A stretch of 63,568 nucleotides of DNA from a virus. Taxonomy: Duplodnaviria > Caudoviricetes. A program made the position numbers and the translations under genes. The stretch covers positions 1 to 63,568 of the IMG/VR virus record IMGVR_UViG_3300009678_000062, one strand, 5' to 3'. How positions within the stretch are numbered: the first letter of the stretch is position 1; the number at the start of each line of letters is the position of its first letter. Below, piece after piece: positions 57,742 to 63,568 of this stretch. The notes under the pieces were generated by a model. It searched no databases, was not told the origin of the DNA, and saw nothing but the letters and a program-made list of their open reading frames with translations.

Positions 57742-58038
57742 TCAGTACAGGTTATCGAGGAACGTTTTCAGCGCGAACAGCTCCTCGTCATTGCTGACGC
57801 GGAACACCGTACCGCCGGCTTCCTCGATCCGCCGCCGGATCAGCTTCTGCATGTTGGTCAGATCCTCGCCCTCACGTTTGGTTTCGATGGCGATAAATCG
57901 ACCGCAGTAGCACACGAAATAATCCAGCGAACTGGCCTGATACTGCATCGGCACCGGCATGAAGTGGTAAAGTTTGTCGTAGGTACCGAGCAGCTTCTTA
58001 ACTTTTGCTTTTACTTTTCCTTCCGGCGTCGTTGCCAT
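57742..58038 (-). CDS. VRR-NUC endonuclease
   Basis: TPEGKVK...D...GRFIAIETK...Q...IEEAGG. Confidence 0.85.
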   Translation of the reverse strand: MATTPEGKVKAKVKKLLGTYDKLYHFMPVPMQYQASSLDYFVCYCGRFIAIETKREGEDLTNMQKLIRRRIEEAGGTVFRVSNDEELFALKTFLDNLY

Positions 58039-58079
58039 CGGGTTTCTCCTCTGTGGGTATCGTTCGTCCTCGATTATAC

Positions 58080-58246
58080 TCATCCATACTGATCAGGATG
58101 ACGTCGCCGGGCTTGTGCCAGCTGCCGACGTGTTCGATCACTTCGACCTCGGCATAGCCGCAGTTCGGCGTGATCCTTCGCATCCGGCTGATCATCGGCT
58201 TGATCCCGACCGACATGCGTTCCTTGTGAGTGGGTTTAGGTATCAT
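58080..58246 (-). CDS. hypothetical small protein, boundaries uncertain (ORF track 57998-58246)
   Basis: Fills the gap between the two nuclease genes; 3' part overlaps VRR-NUC. Confidence 0.4.
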
Positions 58247-58251
58247 TTAGC

Positions 58252-58947
58252 TTAATCCCATGTGCTTACACCGTGAAACTCACACGTTGTGACTGGACAC
58301 CATTGCCTGCATAGCTTGTTGTGGGTGGGTGGAAAAGTCTGGGTATCGTAGGCGCGTCTCAGTGCCTCGATCCTGGGTGCGAGCTGCCTCCAGAACTTCG
58401 GCATGTCCCTGCGTTTGAATATCTCTGATGTGGTCGCGTCCTCCTTCAGCCAGATGAACTCGGAACGTACGGCCTGTACGTCCGGATGATGCGAGAAAAC
58501 ACACTCGGCGACCAGCGCCAGCTGGACGCTGTCCTCAAGTATCTTGCCGGTTTTCCAGTCGTAGGTTCCGGCAACATTACCGTCGATCTGGATGACATCC
58601 GCCACCGAGCGGAACCAGACGCCGTTATCGAAGTAGCCGCACGGACTCTTGTCCTCCTTCAGTGCCAGCTTCTGCTCGACATAGATCTTCCCGCCGCCTT
58701 CCTCGATCTTAGCGCACCACGGCTCGAGCATGTCGTGGAGCTCTTTCGGCAGCGGCGTACCGTTAGCGAGACGCTTGGCCGCTGCCGTGTGGACGGCGGC
58801 ACCCCACGACAACTGCTCGCTATCTTCCTTGTACTTCTTCAAGATATCGATCTGCAGGTGCCGGCGAGGGCAAACTTCATAATTTTTCAGCTTGCTATAG
58901 CTCCAGGCAAACGCCTTGGGGCTATGGCGCGTGGTAACCGCGACCAT
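58252..58947 (-). CDS. PD-(D/E)XK (RecB/Cas4-like) exonuclease
   Basis: WSYSKL...CPR, G...H, EQKL, D...DWKTGK, QL, LCRQWCPVTTC. Confidence 0.85.
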   Translation of the reverse strand: MVAVTTRHSPKAFAWSYSKLKNYEVCPRRHLQIDILKKYKEDSEQLSWGAAVHTAAAKRLANGTPLPKELHDMLEPWCAKIEEGGGKIYVEQKLALKEDKSPCGYFDNGVWFRSVADVIQIDGNVAGTYDWKTGKILEDSVQLALVAECVFSHHPDVQAVRSEFIWLKEDATTSEIFKRRDMPKFWRQLAPRIEALRRAYDTQTFPPTHNKLCRQWCPVTTCEFHGVSTWD

Positions 58948-58966
58948 GCTAACTCCCAATAGTTAA

Positions 58967-58989
58967 CAGAGGGCGCGAAGCGCCCCCTG
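58967..58989 (-). terminator. hairpin followed by palindrome 58950
   Basis: Minus strand CAGGGGGCGC-TTC-GCGCCCTCTG (G-U pair valid on the minus strand), then T-TAACTATTGGGAGTTA. Confidence 0.55.
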
Positions 58990-58993
58990 CAGC

Positions 58994-59695
58994 TCATACA
59001 TACTCGTCGTCGCCGCCCACCTCGACATTGACATCAGCCGTATCCGGCATGATCCCCGTTCCCGGTGCCGCTATCGGTCCGGTCGGCGTTGGCGTTGACG
59101 TTGCCGCTGCATTTCTGGCGGCAATGGAGCCCGCTGCCGCGCCTGCCAAGGTCTGCCGCTTCTTGTACTTACCCGGCGCGAGCGCCGTCCGTCCCGCCGC
59201 CAGCCGCGCCTTGTTGGTTTTTGCCAGGGATGTCGTAGTGCCCTGCAGGAGCCCCCGGTTGGCGGCTTTCTCCTCCGGGGTCATCTGAGTGCGGGTGAGG
59301 CGCTGCGCCGCCTGTGCGGCCCTTACACGCTGCGCCTCGATGATCCCCTGCTGCCTCGCCTGGGCGACCTTCTGCAGTGCGGCGCGCGTATCGGAACCGG
59401 GACCGGCCATACCCGTCACCGGGCGCGTCGACGCCTGACGTAGATACTGCCGGGCAGACTCAACCGACTGCGTCTGCTTCTTCGCTTTCTTCGCCGTCGC
59501 CTGCGCCGCTGCCTTGTCCTTCTGGAACTTCGCCTTCTCCTTCGCCTGCGCCGCTACCTCCTCCGGCGTCGGCTCCGCCGGCGTCGTCGTAGTATCCGTC
59601 GTCGAAGCTGTCGTCTCCTTCTCCTTCTCCTTCGGCTTCACCGGGGTAGCTGACTTGGCTTCCGCTGTCTTGTTCTTGTCCTTTTTCTTCGCCAT
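58994..59695 (-). CDS. Lys/Ala/Thr-rich basic protein, histone H1-like composition
   Basis: AGGAG RBS before ATG 59695; low complexity, basic. Confidence 0.65.
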   Translation of the reverse strand: MAKKKDKNKTAEAKSATPVKPKEKEKETTASTTDTTTTPAEPTPEEVAAQAKEKAKFQKDKAAAQATAKKAKKQTQSVESARQYLRQASTRPVTGMAGPGSDTRAALQKVAQARQQGIIEAQRVRAAQAAQRLTRTQMTPEEKAANRGLLQGTTTSLAKTNKARLAAGRTALAPGKYKKRQTLAGAAAGSIAARNAAATSTPTPTGPIAAPGTGIMPDTADVNVEVGGDDEYV

Positions 59696-60047
59696 TGACC
59701 GCTCCTATGGGTTGGCGTGCCATCATCTCGGCAACGCGCTTCTTGGTATCATCGTCGAGATACCAACCGAGCCCCCGTCGGGTACGAACGATGATACCCT
59801 GCGGAGTGAGCAGCTTACGCAGGCGCCAGACGGCGACCTGCGCATCTGCAACGATGTTCATTTCATACTGCAGAAGGTCGCGCGACACGAACTCTTTCGC
59901 AACCAGCAATCCGAGAAAATCAGCTAACCTCGGGGGCAGCGTGAACACATGCTGCAGGTGACGATCGTCCTGCATCAGCGCCTTTTGCAGCTGACGCACC
60001 CTGGCTTTGAGGATGATGTTCTCACGTTCATAGTTGTGTTCGCTCAT
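59460..60047 (-). CDS. OmpR/CtrA-type winged-helix (Trans_reg_C-like) regulator with an acidic tail
   Basis: LLVAKEFVSRD...AQVAVWRLRKLL...IVRTRRGLGWYL; no receiver domain. Confidence 0.75.
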   Translation of the reverse strand: MSEHNYERENIILKARVRQLQKALMQDDRHLQHVFTLPPRLADFLGLLVAKEFVSRDLLQYEMNIVADAQVAVWRLRKLLTPQGIIVRTRRGLGWYLDDDTKKRVAEMMARQPIGAVNGEEKGQEQDSGSQVSYPGEAEGEGEGDDSFDDGYYDDAGGADAGGGSGAGEGEGEVPEGQGSGAGDGEESEEADAVG

Positions 60048-60053
60048 TTGGAC

Positions 60054-60082
60054 ACCTTACCAAAAGATTACATGCTTGTCAA
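60054..60082 (-). promoter_or_regulatory. sigma70 promoter for a leaderless transcript
   Basis: TTGACA-17-TAAGGT-6-ATG (60047). Confidence 0.7.
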
Positions 60083-60104
60083 GGGGGTGGTTAACTACGG
60101 ATAG

Positions 60105-61985
60105 TTACCCCACCATCTCGCCATAGCTCGGTCCAATCTTCACTTCGGATGCGAGCGGCAGTTCCGGTGCCCAGTTCGGACGCATCGCTGCCATCTCGAG
60201 CAGGATACGTTTAACCTGATCGGCGTGCTTCTCCTTGACCACGAAGATGAGCTCATCGTGGACCTGATGGGCGAAGCGCAACCCAGCTCCGAATGCGCGC
60301 AACGCCAGATCCTTGATGATGATCTGGGCCAGCGCCTGCGTGATGTTCTCCAGGGTTTTGGCACCGTAGAGAAACTTAAAGCGTCCGGCATAGGCGAAGC
60401 GCCACTGCATCTGGTTATACCCGGAAGCATTCGGTGCGGTATTGATCTGCTCCAGATCGTCGTAGAACAGCTTGAACCCGTTCGGCAGCAGGATCTCGTG
60501 CTTGTCGAACTTGCACGGGCCGAACATCCACGTGCCACCCCGAGCCAGTGTCGGGATGCCAGTGGACTGCAGCGCCGCCCATCCCTTCTGGATATCGGAG
60601 TACTTGTAGCGGTACTTGTCGACCACCTTCTTGGCGACTTCCGGCGTGAGCTCGATCGCCCGGCCAAGCTGGTTCTTCGAACCCGACTTGACGCTGATGA
60701 CGAACTTGTTGTGGGACATGCCGTAGCCCAACCCGAGGATCGCCGTCTTGCCGATGAAGCGGTAATCCGGGTTGACCTTCTTGCTGACCTGAACGTCGAA
60801 CACGTCCGCAGCGAACTGCGAGTAGACATCCTCACCCAGCGCAAACGCCTCCAGCAGGTCGAGCTGCTCGCAGATCCACGCCACGATACGGGCTTCGATC
60901 TGGCTCATGTCGATGCTGACCAGCAGGTATCCCTTGGGGGCTTGCAGCGCGCTACGCAGCGGGGATTTGCGTGGCAAGTTCTGCATGTTGAGCCTCATGT
61001 CCCCACTCAGGCGATGGGTGTGGGCACCGGAGAACCGCAACGGGATGGGCATCCAGCGCTCCCCCACCGGCCACGACAAACTACTGATAGTTATCAACCG
61101 TTGGGTCCGGGTTTCCTCCAGCGTGGTTTTATGTCCCAAGCGAGCAGCCACCAGCGCCTGCACGCGGGGATCCTCATGCTCCGCCAGATCGATGAAGCCG
61201 CTATCGGTTTTGGCAAAAGCCCAGGTTTTGTTGCCGGTGGTGAGCGATTGCTTGCGAGGCGGATCGACCCCCAGTTCCTGCAGCAGCGAGGCGAACTTGT
61301 CGTTTGAACGCAGTTCGCCGGCGTCGACCACGGAGGTCAACGCCAGCATCTCTTCCTTTTGCTTGAGCACATGGGCGAGGTGATCAATGAGCAGCTCGCG
61401 GTCCAGCCTGAACTGCGGCAGCACGGTCGCTTTGAGTACCAGATCCATGACATCCAGCTCGCGTGCCGGGAAATCGCGGATCAGGCGCTTGAAGATCGAA
61501 GCACATTTCTCATTGTCGTCGCAGCAGTAACTAGCCAGCTCGCGATGCAGCGACGGATTACGGATGATTTCGGCGTAATGCACGCCGACCATCTTGGTCA
61601 GCGTCGTGCCTTTGGCACCCAAGCCGAGGTGCTTGCTGACAGCGTCGAGCGATACGGATTTGAGCTTGTAGCTGAGCATTGCCCGCACCATGCCCATCGC
61701 ATCGATCAGCTTGTGCGGCACCCAGCTGTAGCGCCATGCAAGGATGGCAGCGTCGAACAGGGCATTGTAGGTGACGACGGCTTTCTCCGATCCTATGCTT
61801 AGTTCCTTGATCAGGTCAGGTATATCCGGACCATCGATCCATTGCGACTTATCCGTCAAGCCATGCTTGACGGCAACGCCGAGCGCTTCAAAGCGTGGGT
61901 CGAGGATATACTCGATAGGTGTCATCTTACGCAGGGTATAGTCCTTGCTGTAGTAAGTTTCAAAGTCGAGGATGATGAGATCCAC
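60105..61985 (-). CDS. polA: family A DNA polymerase with a 3'-5' exonuclease domain
   Basis: LDFETY, YNALFD, HTHRLSG...NMQNLPR, DMSQIEAR, R...K...LGLGYG, ENITQA, QVHDE. Confidence 0.94.
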   Translation of the reverse strand: MDLIILDFETYYSKDYTLRKMTPIEYILDPRFEALGVAVKHGLTDKSQWIDGPDIPDLIKELSIGSEKAVVTYNALFDAAILAWRYSWVPHKLIDAMGMVRAMLSYKLKSVSLDAVSKHLGLGAKGTTLTKMVGVHYAEIIRNPSLHRELASYCCDDNEKCASIFKRLIRDFPARELDVMDLVLKATVLPQFRLDRELLIDHLAHVLKQKEEMLALTSVVDAGELRSNDKFASLLQELGVDPPRKQSLTTGNKTWAFAKTDSGFIDLAEHEDPRVQALVAARLGHKTTLEETRTQRLITISSLSWPVGERWMPIPLRFSGAHTHRLSGDMRLNMQNLPRKSPLRSALQAPKGYLLVSIDMSQIEARIVAWICEQLDLLEAFALGEDVYSQFAADVFDVQVSKKVNPDYRFIGKTAILGLGYGMSHNKFVISVKSGSKNQLGRAIELTPEVAKKVVDKYRYKYSDIQKGWAALQSTGIPTLARGGTWMFGPCKFDKHEILLPNGFKLFYDDLEQINTAPNASGYNQMQWRFAYAGRFKFLYGAKTLENITQALAQIIIKDLALRAFGAGLRFAHQVHDELIFVVKEKHADQVKRILLEMAAMRPNWAPELPLASEVKIGPSYGEMVG

Positions 61986-62011
61986 TGTATTCTCCTATGG
62001 TTGGGTGGGTG

Positions 62012-62041
62012 CTTGACATTGTAATCGTAGGGCATTAGATA
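62012..62041 (+). promoter_or_regulatory. sigma70-like promoter pointing against the local gene direction
   Basis: C-TTGACA-17-TAGATA; predicted start near 62047-62048. Confidence 0.55.
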
Positions 62042-62047
62042 GTTGAC

Positions 62048-62133
62048 AGGGCCGATTGATCCCGGTCCTCTCCTAGTGGGTGGGAGCTCAACGAAGGGAT
62101 CGCGGTTTCCTCACCGCGATCCCTTTAACTTTT
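62048..62133 (+). ncRNA. candidate small antisense RNA with three hairpins and an anti-RBS segment
   Basis: AGGGCCG/CGGTCCT and CTCCT/GGGAG stems (G-U pairs valid on + only); 13-bp stem 62094-62125 followed by TAACTTTT; upstream promoter. Confidence 0.55.
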
Positions 62134-62138
62134 GATAG

Positions 62139-63491
62139 TTAGTCGTGCGGCACGACGACCACCTCGCCGAACGGATACGCCTCCGGCTGCAGCCCGATCG
62201 TCCCCCAGAACGTGGGATAGCCCGGTGCCCGCACGGGGAATTCGCCATACCCATCGGTCAGAAAAACCAACGCTTCCGGCCCCAGCCGGTTGTCCTCGAT
62301 ATAGTCGAACACCGGCCTAAAGTCGGTACCGCCACCACCCGGCGCTCCCTTGCGTCGGATCGTCTCGAGATCCATGGCATCCTCGATCTCGTCGACCTGA
62401 CCCACTTCAGCGTCGCACCAGATGACGATGATGCGCTTGGGCTTGAGCTGGGCAAGGATATTGCTCAAGCATCCGAACCACAACGACATCTCTTTATGAC
62501 CGATCGACCCCGAGGTATCGACCCCGATGGCGATCAGGTCACAGCCGAACCCAGCCCGGCTCGGTGCCCAGATATCCCGCACGATCAGCTTGCGGTCGGC
62601 TTTACGCCAGTTCCACGATCCACCCCCGATCTTGCGGGCGAACCATGACTGGACGACATCGGTCCAATCGACCTTGTCCTCGATCACTTCCTCGAACAGC
62701 CGCAGCAGACCGGCAGGCATCTTGCCCTGCGACTTGGCCATCTCGATCGCCGCCTTGATGTGGACGTCCCACTCGGCTTGGTTATGCTCGCTCTCGGCCT
62801 GATTGGGATCGATCTCGTCGACGGTGCCGGGCTGCAGGTGCACGTCAAATCCACCCGGCGCACCACCCGGGTTATCTTCCTCCCCTTCCTCCTCTTCCTC
62901 GTTTTCCCCGGGGGGCGGAGGTTGACCACTACCACCGAGTTGACCGGGCAGATCGCCCGGCTTCTTCCCTCTGCCACCAGTGTCGCGGAACAGCTTGGCG
63001 TAGACGTCGAGCACGCTATCCATCGCCGTGGCGATCCTCAGATCGTACAATGCTTCAGCCGGCAGCTTGCCGATCTTGCTATCGACCAGGATGGCGTTGA
63101 CCACGTAGTCGAGGGCACACTGGATCGCTACTGGATGGAACGGCAGCGACTTGCCGTTGCTCAGCAGCACCGTCTTCGAGCGGTTGAGCTTGTGCAGCAG
63201 CATGATGTGGTTGAGGATGTTGTGCAGGATCTCATGTGCAAGGATGAACAACCGCTCCATCAGCGAATGCTGGAAGAAGGTGTTGACGTTGATGACGACG
63301 CTGTTGCCGTCGGTGGCTGCCGTCGGCACGCGGGGGTCGTCGACGAACACGGCGATGTGGTCCGCATCCTTGCTCATCAGCTTGTAGAACAGGTGGGTGA
63401 GCGCCGGGGCGTACCACATCAGGACGGCACGGGTGTCGTCCCATTCCTTCAGTTGCTGCGGGGTTGGCTTTACTCTGATCAGCTCGGTCAT
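62139..63491 (-). CDS. metallopeptidase-VWA protein (DUF2201-like), partner of the MoxR-type ATPase
   Basis: TAATDG, LAHEILH (HExxH), DY.VN; MIDAS VDTSGSI; GGGGTDFRPVF; LTDGYG. Confidence 0.88.
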   Translation of the reverse strand: MTELIRVKPTPQQLKEWDDTRAVLMWYAPALTHLFYKLMSKDADHIAVFVDDPRVPTAATDGNSVVINVNTFFQHSLMERLFILAHEILHNILNHIMLLHKLNRSKTVLLSNGKSLPFHPVAIQCALDYVVNAILVDSKIGKLPAEALYDLRIATAMDSVLDVYAKLFRDTGGRGKKPGDLPGQLGGSGQPPPPGENEEEEEGEEDNPGGAPGGFDVHLQPGTVDEIDPNQAESEHNQAEWDVHIKAAIEMAKSQGKMPAGLLRLFEEVIEDKVDWTDVVQSWFARKIGGGSWNWRKADRKLIVRDIWAPSRAGFGCDLIAIGVDTSGSIGHKEMSLWFGCLSNILAQLKPKRIIVIWCDAEVGQVDEIEDAMDLETIRRKGAPGGGGTDFRPVFDYIEDNRLGPEALVFLTDGYGEFPVRAPGYPTFWGTIGLQPEAYPFGEVVVVPHD

Positions 63492-63524
63492 GGGTGTAGC
63501 TCCTTGTGGGTTAACTATCGGTAG

Positions 63525-63568
63525 TTACTCGGCTTCCTCCTCGCGCTTCGGGGCGTTGATCACCAGGC
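63525..63568 (-). CDS. 3' end of the junction-spanning hypothetical protein
   Basis: In frame with 1-247; TAA is the first triplet of palindrome 63512-63527. Confidence 0.8.
   Translation of the reverse strand, partial: LVINAPKREEEAE

Larger units (their letters stand above)
764..63527. repeat. dispersed 16-bp palindrome family TNACT-N6-AGTNA (ideal TAACTATCGATAGTTA), about 34 copies, probable operator
   Basis: Copies start at 764, 1968, 2531, 3642, 5223, 5449, 5727, 6516, 6594, 6882, 7912, 7946, 14153, 16814, 22874, 23363, 25754, 29350, 32678, 39360, 41481, 43551, 46149, 47793, 50530, 52907, 55169, 57016, 57648, 58950, 60092, 61078, 62126 and 63512. ACT at positions 3-5 and AGT at 12-14 are invariant. 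Confidence 0.93.

Noticed and set aside
58252-58947. Cas4 as part of a CRISPR system
   Set aside because: A stand-alone PD-(D/E)XK exonuclease in the replication module, with no cas1/cas2 or array.
62048-62133. tRNA or tmRNA fragment
   Set aside because: No acceptor stem, T-loop GTTC or CCA end.
764-63527. Palindrome as an integron attC or loxP-like recombination site (TAAC...GTTA overlapping stop codons)
   Set aside because: Only 16 bp with 5-bp arms, no L boxes, GTTRRRY mostly not met, no tyrosine recombinase recognised, and copies occur inside essential genes.
764-63527. Palindrome as parS or a CtrA box
   Set aside because: The sequence is unlike TGTTTCACGTGAAACA and no ParA/ParB was seen. 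TTAA spacing is N10, not the N7 of CtrA sites.

Overview
The window reads as a complete, circularly permuted, GC-rich tailed dsDNA phage genome of 63,568 bp: a 96-aa ORF runs in frame across the end/start junction. The rightward arm (11.4-48.9 kb) has a podovirus-like layout: portal, scaffold, major capsid, adaptors, a 2145-aa repeat fibre, two further fibres, a nozzle, three large ejection-type proteins, an amidase endolysin and small membrane and basic proteins. The leftward arm (48.9-63.6 kb, continuing into 1-7.9 kb) carries primase-helicase, an SSB-like protein, SNF2 helicase, VRR-NUC, a PD-(D/E)XK nuclease, family A DNA polymerase, a VWA/MoxR-type AAA pair and many small unknown genes. 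The terminase genes are inverted relative to the portal. I recognised no integrase, reverse transcriptase, tRNA or CRISPR array. A BA14K-like protein and a CtrA/OmpR-like winged helix suggest an alphaproteobacterial host (inference). The most striking structure is non-coding. (1) About 34 copies of an AT-rich 16-bp palindrome, TNACT-N6-AGTNA (ideal TAACTATCGATAGTTA), are fused to stop codons, start codons, Shine-Dalgarno (SD) sequences and tail-less hairpins, and also sit inside core genes. (2) A candidate ~80-nt promoter-to-terminator small RNA (62048-62133) is complementary to an extended leader, ACCCAC-N(0-2)-AGGAG, shared by at least eight leftward genes. (3) Two DNA-binding regulators appear to be leaderless. 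Together these suggest a genome-wide operator plus antisense-RNA control circuit. All calls were made by eye; no searches were run.
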